From Cellvibrionales bacterium (GTDB lineage: Bacteria > Pseudomonadota > Gammaproteobacteria > Pseudomonadales > Porticoccaceae): 59,582 bases of DNA. The stretch's first letter is position 1. Each line of letters begins with the position of its first letter. The stretch spans positions 168,065-227,646 of the forward strand of contig NVWE01000003.1 in assembly GCA_002746135.1 (NCBI GenBank), in the 5' to 3' direction. The notes under the pieces are model-generated. The model made no database searches. It saw only the letters and a list, made by a program, of their open reading frames with translations, and had not been told where the DNA came from. The translations under genes were made by a program, and so were the position numbers. Positions 10,090 to 19,325 of this stretch are shown here, in pieces.

Positions 10090-10836
10090 TTACTGAACAG
10101 TTGCGACATAGACGGAGTTGTATGATTCTTCGCTCGTATAGGGATTTGGGAAGCTGATGGTATGGGCTTCGCAATTGATAAATACACGCTTCAACAGGTC
10201 ACTAAACTGAGTGTCGGGCAACTCATTCGACCAAAGCGCAAAGACACCTCCTGAACAAATTTTTGCTGCCAGCTTTGTCAGAGACTCTTCAGTATAAAAA
10301 TCTTGATTGGCATCATTAAGCCAATGACTGGGCGAGTGATCAATATCGAGTAATATTGCGTGTACTTTCTTCTGCGGCTGACTTTGGTCAAAGCCGCTAT
10401 CACTGGCAGTGGCCAGCTTGAAAAAATCGCCCTCGACTAATTCACTGCGCGGATCAGTTGCCAGGATATCACCAACGGGTAACAGGCCTCGCTGATGCCA
10501 GCTAATCACCGGCTGCATAATATCGACCACCCGCATCATTTTAACGGCAGGATCTTTTAAGGCTTCAACAGCGGTATAACCCAGACCCAGGCCACCGACA
10601 ACAATCTCGAGATCCTTTTGGTGGCCATTTTTCTTTAATGTCGCCAGGCCTAGTGCTGAAAGCTGTTCTTCTGCTTCAACGAAAAGGCTCGACATTAAAA
10701 ACTCATCGCCCAGTTTTACCTCAAAGATAATTTTATTATTTAAGCGAGGCTCGGAACGACGCCTCAAACTAATGTCCCCTAAGGGGCTGGGCTGGTTATC
10801 GAGTTCTTCAAATACAAAAGACATCACTTTTACCAC
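10090..10836 (-). CDS. spermidine synthase-like SAM-dependent methyltransferase-fold protein
   Basis: 248 aa with LEIVVGGLGLGYTAVEAL (GxGxG motif I) and ILLDIDHSP. Confidence 0.55.
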   Translation of the reverse strand: MVKVMSFVFEELDNQPSPLGDISLRRRSEPRLNNKIIFEVKLGDEFLMSSLFVEAEEQLSALGLATLKKNGHQKDLEIVVGGLGLGYTAVEALKDPAVKMMRVVDIMQPVISWHQRGLLPVGDILATDPRSELVEGDFFKLATASDSGFDQSQPQKKVHAILLDIDHSPSHWLNDANQDFYTEESLTKLAAKICSGGVFALWSNELPDTQFSDLLKRVFINCEAHTISFPNPYTSEESYNSVYVATVQ

Positions 10837-10891
10837 TCGTGTTGCAGACTATTTATTGGCGCGTAGCTTTTAATATGCTCCAGGCTGAAGC

Positions 10892-11233
10892 CTAGGCCTT
10901 CTTAACGAACTCAGACTTCAGCTTCATGGGGCCAATACCGTCAATTTTACAGTCGATATCATGATCACTATCAACCAAACGGATATTCTTCACCTTGGTA
11001 CCCACTTTCACCACGGAGGACGAACCCTTAACCTTCAAGTCTTTAATGACCACCACACTGTCACCGTCGTTCAGTAAATTACCGTTGCTATCTTTGATAA
11101 CCAAGACGTCTTCATCGCTTTCCTCAACAGCCACCTGTGGCCACTCGTGAGCACACTCTGGGCAAACATAGTTGTCCCGATCTTCGTAGGTATATTGGGA
11201 TTGGCACTGGGGACAGTTCGGAAGTTCACTCAT
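10892..11233 (-). CDS. yjdM: zinc-ribbon protein YjdM (PhnA)
   Basis: 113 aa with [25 protein letters not shown] and a PhnA C-terminal domain ([20 protein letters not shown]...[16 protein letters not shown]). Confidence 0.9.
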   Translation of the reverse strand: MSELPNCPQCQSQYTYEDRDNYVCPECAHEWPQVAVEESDEDVLVIKDSNGNLLNDGDSVVVIKDLKVKGSSSVVKVGTKVKNIRLVDSDHDIDCKIDGIGPMKLKSEFVKKA

Positions 11234-11455
11234 ATTTGGACCTTTGTAGCGAGTTAGTATTTGAGAGCGTTGATGATAAAAAGTGCATTAAATCGGCTTA
11301 ATCCGGCCAAGGCTCAGCGTGCCCGGAACGATTCTAACAAAACAATGCCTTATAAAAATGCACTTTTTGCATAACCAGGCTACTGCAACAAAACTTGGCT
11401 TGTGGGTACTGGAAGCCTTCAACCCTCAATTATTCATAGCTATCGGTTTACACCA

Positions 11456-11460
11456 AAAAT
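11456..11460. repeat. probable left copy of the 5-bp target-site duplication (AAAAT)
   Basis: The flank reads ccAAAAT|TGATGCGG. The matching AAAAT lies at 51505-51509. The phase is ambiguous by 1 nt because of A/T runs. Confidence 0.45.
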
Positions 11461-11503
11461 TGATGCGGCGCGAGATAAATACCTCCAAAATGCGAGATAA
11501 ATA
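11461..11503. repeat. left terminal inverted repeat with two transposase-binding-site candidates
   Basis: TGATGCGGCGCGAGATAAATACCTCCAAAATGCGAGATAAATA. GCGAGATAAATA occurs at 11470-11481 and 11492-11503, 22 bp apart. Confidence 0.8.
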
Positions 11504-11560
11504 CCCTGCACCTTTCGTTGCCGTCAGTGAAACATAATAATACATAGCAAAACTACGCAA

Positions 11561-12325
11561 TCACCAATTCTTAATTATCAGCTCTTTGCTCGGCTTGCGG
11601 TTTGCTCCTCCACCAACGGTGTAGGCAATGCCTGCTGAGCTGATATGGTGCTTACAAAACACCTTCCTTATGGCTGGGTGGTCGTTAATTGAGAGGATCG
11701 CTTTGCCTTTCATTGTGCTCATTAAATCGGCCATTTCCTCATAGTGTGAAAACGGGAAGTCCATCCCGTAGCCAGCGGTTTGCCAGTATGGTGGATCGAG
11801 ATAGAACAGGGTTGCAGGGCGGTCGTACCGAGCAATGCACTTCTCCCACGACTCATTCTCAATGTTCACTCGAGCCAGCCTCAGGTGCGCCTGGCTAAGG
11901 TCTTCCTCTATCCGTAATAGATTCAGCTTCGGTGGCGAGGTTGTAGCTGTACCAAAGGTTTGGCCTTCAGTTCTACCACCAAAGCATAGCTTCTGCAGGT
12001 AATAAAACCGGGCAGCACGTTGAATGTCAGTAAGGGTTTCAGGCCGCTTAGTCTTCTCCCACTCAAACACCTGACGACTGGATATAGCCCACTTGAATTG
12101 ACGAACAAACTCTTCAAGGTGATGCTGCAAAACACGATAAAGATTGGTGAGCTCACCGTTTAAATCATTGAGCACTTCAACCTTGCTGGGCTCCTTCTTA
12201 TAGAACAATGCAGCCCCTCCCGCGAACACTTCAACGTAGCATGTGTGGGCTGGGAATAATGGCAGGATTTTATCCGCTAATCGTGACTTACCACCCATCC
12301 AGGGAACAATCGGTTTTGCCTTCAT
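11561..12325 (-). CDS. DNA N6-adenine methyltransferase (Dam/D12 class)
   Basis: 254 aa with an N-terminal PWMGGKSRLADKILPLFP motif and the catalytic DPPY motif (FYLDPPYWQ). Last gene at the left tip of the prophage. Confidence 0.85.
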   Translation of the reverse strand: MKAKPIVPWMGGKSRLADKILPLFPAHTCYVEVFAGGAALFYKKEPSKVEVLNDLNGELTNLYRVLQHHLEEFVRQFKWAISSRQVFEWEKTKRPETLTDIQRAARFYYLQKLCFGGRTEGQTFGTATTSPPKLNLLRIEEDLSQAHLRLARVNIENESWEKCIARYDRPATLFYLDPPYWQTAGYGMDFPFSHYEEMADLMSTMKGKAILSINDHPAIRKVFCKHHISSAGIAYTVGGGANRKPSKELIIKNW

Positions 12326-12475
12326 CTTTCACTCTCCGCAACAATGATTCAATCTGTTAGGCTAGCCGCGCTCACGTGAGCAGGGGGTCTTGGCTAACTT
12401 GCAGCTTGTGTCTGCGGGTTGGTACCACGACTTAATGTTAGTGCATTGAGTCGTGGTGCCCTCTTTAATTTGACC

Positions 12476-13180
12476 CTACTCCAGCGCCTTCTCTAGCGCC
12501 TGCAGGTAGTAATCCATACCGTGATAACGACTCACACTCAGCCGCTTGCGGCTATAGGCTTCGCCGATCTGAATCTGAATGCCCTGGTCGACTTCGTGGG
12601 GGTGTTTGTACGACCAGAGCCAGCCACGGGGTAGCGCTGTAATCAGGTCGCTGCCGTGGCGATAGGCGATGACTTCACCAATCATGCCATGAGACCAGCA
12701 GCGCCCCACGGTTGCTCTGGGGCATCCAAAGTCGACGAGTGACCGCACGTCATAACCGCAGCTAGCCAGCATGGCAGCAAGCAAACGGGCTTCACCGCCA
12801 CCTTTAGAATGCCCTGTTACACGCACTGGATAACTGCAGTCGTAAGCCTCTACGACCAACTTAAAAACGCCTAAAGCGCCACCGCCTACTCCGCTATAAA
12901 AGCCCCTATGCACCAGGCCAATCATGGTGCGTTCTGGCATTGCTCTAATGTCATTTAGGATGTCGATAACTCGGCTTTTCATGCGCTGCCAAAAGCTATC
13001 TTCTTTGCGCCCGGCCATCTCGGTACCGCACATAGCCAGCCACAATTCGCCGTTCACTATCTCGGCCAAACACTCAGCCTCACCGGCAACAAAGGTGCTC
13101 TCGCTGTAGGCTCTTTTGGCTAATTTTGCGAGGCGAAGATGCAACCAAAGTGGCTGTGTTGATGGCGTCATTTTATTCAA
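12476..13180 (-). CDS. class-3 lipase-like alpha/beta hydrolase
   Basis: 234 aa with the nucleophile elbow VTGHSKGGGEARLLAAML, FGCPRATVG and a C-terminal HGMDYY. The start is TTG at 13180 (overlapping the tail gene stop) or ATG at 13171. Confidence 0.6.
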   Translation of the reverse strand: MNKMTPSTQPLWLHLRLAKLAKRAYSESTFVAGEAECLAEIVNGELWLAMCGTEMAGRKEDSFWQRMKSRVIDILNDIRAMPERTMIGLVHRGFYSGVGGGALGVFKLVVEAYDCSYPVRVTGHSKGGGEARLLAAMLASCGYDVRSLVDFGCPRATVGRCWSHGMIGEVIAYRHGSDLITALPRGWLWSYKHPHEVDQGIQIQIGEAYSRKRLSVSRYHGMDYYLQALEKALE

Positions 13181-15348
13181 ACCCTGTCGAAAGAAACATC
13201 GTGTTTCTGGGTGCTAGTGAGGCCGTCACGAAGCGACTCCAGCTCAATACGAACACTGGTATTCAAGCGCCCGCTAAGGCCGCTGTCAGCCTCTTCAGTT
13301 GCCCATGTATACGTGATGCCAGCCAGCCCTGACTCAGTGCGCACCAGGGCATTATTTTCATCATACAAACGCAGGGTGTAGGTGGTGCCAGGCTCAGGGC
13401 CGATACTGGCTTCATTCGTGTCGATGATTTGATCATCCTGCAGAATGCGGTCACGGTGCGCCCAATCGATAACGAGTTGGCCAGTGATTGAAACCGGATA
13501 AGCGACACCGTTAATTAGTAATTTACCGGGGGGATAAGGCCTGAACTGGCGCTGATCCATCAGCACAGAATCGGTCGCGGCCAGCAGTGGATCCAACTCA
13601 CCCGCGCTGGTGCGTGTCAGCAACCTAACATCAACAGTGGTGCCCACCAGGTACTCCGTGGCGTCAGCGCCAACCACTTCGTCATAAAACCAAACCAGCA
13701 CCCCAGCTGAGTGCGCCTCGGGCACAGTGTCACCACAGCCACGGGCGAGGGTTGCTGTTTCCAGCCCGTAATCGATTGCCTCTACGCGGAATAATTCATC
13801 GTCTATCAGCGCTGCCTCACCCACTTCGACACCACTCAAATCAATAGCACCGTTCAGGCTAATAAGTACGTTTGCAGCACCTTTAGCCATGGCCGCAACG
13901 AGCAATCCAGTAGAGGGGAAATCACCCAGACCCTGCTCGGTAAAACCAACCGGGGCAACGCGTGTTTGCAACGTGTAATTCAAGCTCAGCCCTGTTGGCT
14001 TTACACCCCACGCCAGCACATAACCCGCGTCGTCTTCGAGTGCCGCCTGATCAGCAGCACTCAGCACAGCCGCCAAATCACGATACGAGGCCTCAATCAC
14101 TTTGCGGGTGGCAATCGCCGTTGGTGTGGTGTTCGGCGGCACCCAGCCAGCAGGCTGAACGCCAACAAAACTACTCGCGGGCAGACCAAAAACATCCTCC
14201 ACGGCCGTCACCGTAATCGCGCCCTTACCCAGGGTGCCATAGTCGATTGCACCGGCTCGCAGAATGATATTTTCGATACCTCGGGCGGGGTCACTAATGC
14301 GAAAAACATCACCAGGATTGAGCTTGTAAGCGCGCCTATCGAGCCTCACTTTAAATCGCTTCAGCCCGGACGAACCAATGCGCAAATCGCGCTGAGCAAC
14401 CCGCAATGCCAGCTCGGCGGTGGGCAGGCCAACATAGTCTGCGGTCACCGACACAGTGCCACCGGCCTGAATTGATGCAAGATTTTGCACCCGCACCGAG
14501 CCTGGCTTGTTGGTAATAGGATCATGCCAATTAACCACTTGCTGGTTAAGCCCTCCACTGGTCGCCGCGTTGTTATCCTGCTCTATGCCCAACAGGCCCG
14601 TATCGGGGGTAAAAAGGTCGAGCGTATTGGGGTCATAGTCATCGCGTATCAACGTCAACGACAGCAAGCCAGTGACGCGATCAACAAAAATATTAGCGCC
14701 AATATAATCCTGAATCTGCTGAATAAAATTCTTTACACCATCTCGCCTTACCCAGCGCAGACACAGCCCAAAACCTTCCGCATGCAGCGTGTCAGCTGCC
14801 GCCGCAAATGCGATCGCATCCAGCCGCGTGGCCGACAAGCCTCTACCCCAGTCTCGGTTGGTACTGGCCTCGTAAATAATGTGGGCACCGTTCATGGCTT
14901 TAATATTGTCGTTACTCAAACTTACGACGGCTTTTTCTGGATACCAGGCCGGGCCATCCCAGTCTTTTGTTGCTCGACGAGCACGAATTTTCCAGGGCTT
15001 TGGGTAGGGGTTCATACTGGTCACAAGGCCATCGTAAAACAGGGTACACACACCGCGAAAGGCGGGCACAATACCGCCCAACATTGCTGCCAGAGGCGCA
15101 TTCACCGGCTGACTTTCGCCACCCATTAGCACTTCCATAGTGCCTTGAATACCGCCTTCGCCTTTGTCGCCACCAAATAATTCAGGGGCATCAATAGCCA
15201 CTGTCTGGTTACTGGTGACAGAGCCTTCCCAGGCTGTTTTACCGCCCACTTCTATGGCGACAATTTCATCCACCTCACCCCGACTAACGCCCATGTGAAG
15301 GCCAAAGGAAAAGCGATAACCAACGGTGACTTTCTTGCTACCGCCCAT
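13177..15348 (-). CDS. tail tip / host-specificity protein
   Basis: 723 aa and the last large gene of the tail module. The N-terminus MGGSKKVTVGYRFSFGLHMG...LFGGDKGEGGIQG is typical of phage central-tail/host-specificity proteins. Confidence 0.6.
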   Translation of the reverse strand: MGGSKKVTVGYRFSFGLHMGVSRGEVDEIVAIEVGGKTAWEGSVTSNQTVAIDAPELFGGDKGEGGIQGTMEVLMGGESQPVNAPLAAMLGGIVPAFRGVCTLFYDGLVTSMNPYPKPWKIRARRATKDWDGPAWYPEKAVVSLSNDNIKAMNGAHIIYEASTNRDWGRGLSATRLDAIAFAAAADTLHAEGFGLCLRWVRRDGVKNFIQQIQDYIGANIFVDRVTGLLSLTLIRDDYDPNTLDLFTPDTGLLGIEQDNNAATSGGLNQQVVNWHDPITNKPGSVRVQNLASIQAGGTVSVTADYVGLPTAELALRVAQRDLRIGSSGLKRFKVRLDRRAYKLNPGDVFRISDPARGIENIILRAGAIDYGTLGKGAITVTAVEDVFGLPASSFVGVQPAGWVPPNTTPTAIATRKVIEASYRDLAAVLSAADQAALEDDAGYVLAWGVKPTGLSLNYTLQTRVAPVGFTEQGLGDFPSTGLLVAAMAKGAANVLISLNGAIDLSGVEVGEAALIDDELFRVEAIDYGLETATLARGCGDTVPEAHSAGVLVWFYDEVVGADATEYLVGTTVDVRLLTRTSAGELDPLLAATDSVLMDQRQFRPYPPGKLLINGVAYPVSITGQLVIDWAHRDRILQDDQIIDTNEASIGPEPGTTYTLRLYDENNALVRTESGLAGITYTWATEEADSGLSGRLNTSVRIELESLRDGLTSTQKHDVSFDRV

Positions 15349-15586
15349 TAGCGACCTCCTGCCGGGCGTGCTCTACCACGCGCAAAGCGAGGGCATCGCC
15401 GGTGTTCTCCAACTCACTTGCAGCAATACCCTCACGCACAAAACGCGACCAGTCCAGGCCATGGCGGGCAAAGAAAACACGACCCATTTTGGCGCAGAAT
15501 CCAACGCGAGAACGCCAGGCAGGCACAGTGCGCAAGTGGGTAATTGTTACCGTAATATCAGCGCCTAACTGAGCCTGACAATTCAC
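15338..15586 (-). CDS. hypothetical tail-module protein
   Basis: 82 aa with a GTG start overlapping the upstream stop (GTGA). Its end overlaps the start of the 723-aa gene. Confidence 0.35.
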   Translation of the reverse strand: MNCQAQLGADITVTITHLRTVPAWRSRVGFCAKMGRVFFARHGLDWSRFVREGIAASELENTGDALALRVVEHARQEVANGR

Positions 15587-15819
15587 TTTTTGCCACCCTT
15601 CGATTTGATCTTGCTGCTGCGGTAATTACCCACACCCAGCACCATCCAGCTTTCAGTCCAGACATCACCAAAAATCACCGCCTGGGGAGTGCCTTCATCA
15701 GCCTGGGGAAAGTTAAAATCTTCAAATGCCTTTGGCTTTGGTGTGGGTGGCTTTTTTGCCAACGACGCAGACAGTACGGCTGAGAGCACCATCAAGCCCA
15801 ACTGAATCCATATATTCAT
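15583..15819 (-). CDS. small membrane-anchored tail-module protein
   Basis: 78 aa with an N-terminal TM segment IWIQLGLMVLSAVLSASLA and a Lys-rich C-terminus. Confidence 0.4.
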   Translation of the reverse strand: MNIWIQLGLMVLSAVLSASLAKKPPTPKPKAFEDFNFPQADEGTPQAVIFGDVWTESWMVLGVGNYRSSKIKSKGGKK

Positions 15820-15828
15820 TTATATCTC

Positions 15829-16647
15829 CTAAAAAACCGGGTCGCCATCAAAGGGGCTGCGGCCCGGCAAGCCCGGCACGCCCCCGTAATTATCTTCGTT
15901 GGCAAATTTACTTTGGCATATCGCTATGGTGCGCAAACACCCTGGGTAAGCCGTCAACGCATCAGCCAGCGCAATACCGTCACTACCGCCCAACAGCGTC
16001 AGCAATCCACCCACCTGGGTTTCAATACCACGGCGGTCAAACTCACCGCCACCCACTGGCCATTGCACCCAGCCACCGTCAAACCAGCCATCGGGATAAC
16101 CCGCCCAGGCAGTGGCCGACACGCTAATGCCGTCGAGGGTAATTACTGTGCCCGCTACTGCGTACAGCTCCATATCCACCCGGCACAGCCTGTCGCCCAG
16201 GGCATGGGGGCAATTGCGCTCCCAGCTCAAACGTAGGCCTTCTCGCGCCATGCTGGCAGCCAGTGATTCGCAGCGAATTTGACAGCGATCCTGCGCAGGG
16301 AAATTAACGTCACCAATACTGCCCGACCAACGCACCAGGGCATCGGCCTCGCCATAGTGCAGATCCCGAATAGTCAAACTAATCTCATCCGACGGCGGCG
16401 CGCCCCGGTACAGCTGCGCCACATCCAGTGTTGCCGGGCCGGTCACTTCCAGGGCATCGGCACTGCTTTGGCCGCTTTGGCGAATACCGTCATCACTAAT
16501 AGCGCGGCCCAAATAATCAATGCCTTGATAGGTGATATCCCGGTCAGAGCTGTTATAAGCCCAGCGCGTACTGGCACCCCGCTCAAATAAATACAGCCGA
16601 ACGGGCTTGCCACCTGCCAGTGATATCTCTCGGGCATCAGAGCTCAT
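15829..16647 (-). CDS. DUF2163 / BR0599-type phage tail protein
   Basis: The preferred start is ATG 16647, with SD aaggag 7 nt upstream; the track ORF extends to GTG 16677. KPVRLYLFERG...WAYNSSDRDITYQGIDY and CPHALGDRLCRVD resemble the DUF2163/BR0599 family found next to RcGTA-like distal tail genes. Confidence 0.65.
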   Translation of the reverse strand: MSSDAREISLAGGKPVRLYLFERGASTRWAYNSSDRDITYQGIDYLGRAISDDGIRQSGQSSADALEVTGPATLDVAQLYRGAPPSDEISLTIRDLHYGEADALVRWSGSIGDVNFPAQDRCQIRCESLAASMAREGLRLSWERNCPHALGDRLCRVDMELYAVAGTVITLDGISVSATAWAGYPDGWFDGGWVQWPVGGGEFDRRGIETQVGGLLTLLGGSDGIALADALTAYPGCLRTIAICQSKFANEDNYGGVPGLPGRSPFDGDPVF

Positions 16648-18358
16648 CGTCTCGTACTCCTTTAAAAATAGCGTCACTCAGGGCAACACCTTCGGCATCG
16701 GTCAGGTGCTCAATATCAATACCGTCCTGGTCGAGCCGACATAAAAACAACCACGATATGCGCAGCACCTGGTTAGTATTTATGGCCACACCTAGAGCGC
16801 TGTCGATGGTCAAGCGCTCTAGGTCGGCATCAATTTCAGTGGCACCGGTAATGCGCCGATGAAAGGCCGTACCATCGCGCAGCTCTATGCGAATATCGCG
16901 TCGCCCAGGGGCTGGCGCACCATCCACCAGGCCAAAGCGGGCATAGTCAATATTGGCGATATCCAGACTCAGCTGCACGTTGCTCATGTCGGCCAGCAAG
17001 GTCAAATCATCGGCGTGAGTTGGCAGCCAAACAGCCACCAGGCGACCCTCCAGCCCATATAGCAAACTGCGAAATGCCGCCTGCTGAGCACGGCCGTCGA
17101 GCAACCAACGGTGCTGGCGCACTGGGAATGCCCGCCCCGCTGTATCGGTGATTTGTGCAATACCAGTGCCGTTATCTAATGCCAGCTGCAAACGCTGCAG
17201 GGTGTGGCTCAGGTCTTTGCTTTCATTGGGCCGCTCTTCCAATACCGGAAAACCGCGATACATTGTCGCTGGCAGCACCGCGGGGTGATCATTGGCCTCA
17301 ACGCCAATAAAAGTCACCACCAGCTCATCGGCCGTATCACTTATGCGTTTTAATTTTGGCTGCTCAGTTAATCGGGCTGCTTGACCAGGGAAAATCCGCG
17401 AACCCTTCGCCCAGGCACTTTGCAGCTCACGGGCAAGATCAATACCGGTGCCGTCAATCGCCAGCACCTCGGCAACCTCTACAGGCAAGGGCGTTTCACC
17501 CTGCAAAATTACCAGACCACCCACGGTGAACTCGCGGTCGACCGTGTCGCAGTCGATGCGCAGGGCATCAACCAATAAGGGTGCTTGCAGGCCTTGAATT
17601 TGGTGCCACAGGGGCAGTGCCCACACCTGGCCACTCCAGGCGAACAATGCCAGGTCAAGCCGCTGGCGATCGCGCTCCGCCAGCAACATGGTCGCGGTAA
17701 ATTCACGGCGGGGGGACAGGCGCAGCGCGCGGCGTTGTTCTGCCGCCGTTGGGCTTTGCAAAATATCGGTGGCCCAGGCCAAATGCTCTTTAATGCCTTT
17801 GTTCCAGTTTGGCGCAAAACCCCAGGGCACAATCCGGGTACCTGTGACGCGTAAACCGGGCATATTGCCGTTGTCGAACAGCCACTGTAATTGCAGGTCA
17901 ATGTTGCTCGGGCCGCTTGTATCAATGCCCAGGTCATAGCTCAGTTCAGCGAGCGCGGGATAAAGCACAGGCGGGTTACTTTGGCCGCTGAGCGTTACAC
18001 CCGGCTCCAGCCCGCTAATACTGTCCAGAGTCAGAGGCACAAACCAGGCATTCCACACCGTAATTTGACTGGCTTGGGTTGATGCAACATTGCCTAAATT
18101 AAGTCGCCGTGGGGTGATATGCACGCGGTAGTAAAAGTCATCGGCATAGCTGCGCACTCTAATGCCAGCCACGCTGCGCCTCGTAGCTGAAACAGGCCAG
18201 GTGTTTACTGTCTCGACATCCGGTGCAGGGCTTTGCTCCAGCGCAGAAGGCGGTGGCCAGCCAACAATGCCGCTAAATAGTTGCAGGTCTGCAGACAGGT
18301 GGGGGTTTACCTGGCCTGCAACGGGCGACTGTACGTGGCTGGCCAGTAAAACCGACAT
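16637..18358 (-). CDS. distal tail protein (hypothetical)
   Basis: 573 aa, located between the post-TMP genes and the DUF2163 gene. ATG start at 18358. Confidence 0.45.
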   Translation of the reverse strand: MSVLLASHVQSPVAGQVNPHLSADLQLFSGIVGWPPPSALEQSPAPDVETVNTWPVSATRRSVAGIRVRSYADDFYYRVHITPRRLNLGNVASTQASQITVWNAWFVPLTLDSISGLEPGVTLSGQSNPPVLYPALAELSYDLGIDTSGPSNIDLQLQWLFDNGNMPGLRVTGTRIVPWGFAPNWNKGIKEHLAWATDILQSPTAAEQRRALRLSPRREFTATMLLAERDRQRLDLALFAWSGQVWALPLWHQIQGLQAPLLVDALRIDCDTVDREFTVGGLVILQGETPLPVEVAEVLAIDGTGIDLARELQSAWAKGSRIFPGQAARLTEQPKLKRISDTADELVVTFIGVEANDHPAVLPATMYRGFPVLEERPNESKDLSHTLQRLQLALDNGTGIAQITDTAGRAFPVRQHRWLLDGRAQQAAFRSLLYGLEGRLVAVWLPTHADDLTLLADMSNVQLSLDIANIDYARFGLVDGAPAPGRRDIRIELRDGTAFHRRITGATEIDADLERLTIDSALGVAINTNQVLRISWLFLCRLDQDGIDIEHLTDAEGVALSDAIFKGVRDDEL

Positions 18359-18397
18359 TATTGAGTCAGCCTATCTAGCACAGCCCTACAATTAACA

Positions 18398-19324
18398 TCA
18401 CGGCCCGTCATAGCGAATTGCCCAGCCAAAGGTACCTGTGTGCGTTATGCCACCGCCTCCATCACGCTCTGTTGTGTTTTTACTGCGAAACGGGTAGACC
18501 ATCCAGAAATCAGGATTCAGGTCAATAATCTCCTCCGGTGCGTAGTTATCGATGCGCAGAAAACGCGCGTGGGCTAAATCGCCAACCATGCTTACCTTAT
18601 TAGAAGGCCTCAAAAGAAAGGGCTGTATAGGCAGCAACACTGCCTCACCGTTCCAGTTACTGGGTGATCGGTCAAGCAGAGGAGCAATAGTTTGGGCAGC
18701 ATTCAGGCTGCTCATAACTGTTGAGAACCCACTACCAGCAGTCCAGCCGTCATCATCGAGTCCGTCATGCAACACAGTATTGTGTTCTGATGCGATAATG
18801 CCTCCGCCCCAAAATGGCGCCCAGGGCGCATCCCAACTCCCAACGTCACTAGTACCACCACCTATTGATGAAATACCGTTGAGACTTCCTTTTCTACCTA
18901 AATCCGCATAGGTTGCAGTAACCCAGTTGCCCGTACCTGGTAGACCCGCGACATTACTCTGGGCAAACGCGGCAAACTGATAATCGTTTGTAACAGGCCG
19001 GATAAAAAAATAAATCTCATCCGGGTCGGTGAGAATGTGCAGATTATAGGCAACGGGCCAGGCCCAACTGGTGGCAGTAAAACCCACTCGCGGCCCCGAT
19101 ATCGCAGGGCCTGACAGGGCACCAGCGGCCTGCGATGTACCCCCCAGAAAGCGCAGCATACGATTTTCGCCATACGCTTCGCCCGTGGGTATTGTCACCT
19201 CAACAAATACATCGCCCTTGTAAATAACATTGCCATCCAGCGTCCAGCCATTGGCCACCAGACCATTGAGCAAGGCGGTGCGCAGCTCGGGGATTGAATT
19301 GGCAGAACCGGTAATAAAGGGCAT
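18398..19324 (-). CDS. hypothetical tail-module protein
   Basis: 308 aa with its start 1 nt after the stop of the upstream gene. No motif recognised. Confidence 0.4.
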   Translation of the reverse strand: MPFITGSANSIPELRTALLNGLVANGWTLDGNVIYKGDVFVEVTIPTGEAYGENRMLRFLGGTSQAAGALSGPAISGPRVGFTATSWAWPVAYNLHILTDPDEIYFFIRPVTNDYQFAAFAQSNVAGLPGTGNWVTATYADLGRKGSLNGISSIGGGTSDVGSWDAPWAPFWGGGIIASEHNTVLHDGLDDDGWTAGSGFSTVMSSLNAAQTIAPLLDRSPSNWNGEAVLLPIQPFLLRPSNKVSMVGDLAHARFLRIDNYAPEEIIDLNPDFWMVYPFRSKNTTERDGGGGITHTGTFGWAIRYDGP

Positions 19325-19325
19325 A

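Noticed and set aside
11319-11537. 72-aa ORF (GTG start) from the ORF track
   Set aside because: It spans the host/prophage junction at 11460/11461 and covers the transposase-binding repeats. It has no SD. It is almost certainly non-coding.
13966-15129. Long plus-strand ORFs antisense to tail genes. Similar cases occur at 21730-22158, 22705-23193, 35499-35906, 38209-38703 and 40066-40680.
   Set aside because: These are shadow ORFs typical of GC-rich DNA. Their translations are low-complexity and Arg/Pro/Ser/Ala-rich. They lie fully inside well-supported genes on the other strand.
15338-15819. Tail gene split by insertion of the 82-aa ORF: the 78-aa ORF ends …KSKGGKK and the 723-aa ORF starts MGGSKKV…
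   Set aside because: The echo is only about five low-complexity residues. Many phage tail-tip proteins naturally start with MGG(S/K)K. I cannot verify an ancestral fused gene without a search.
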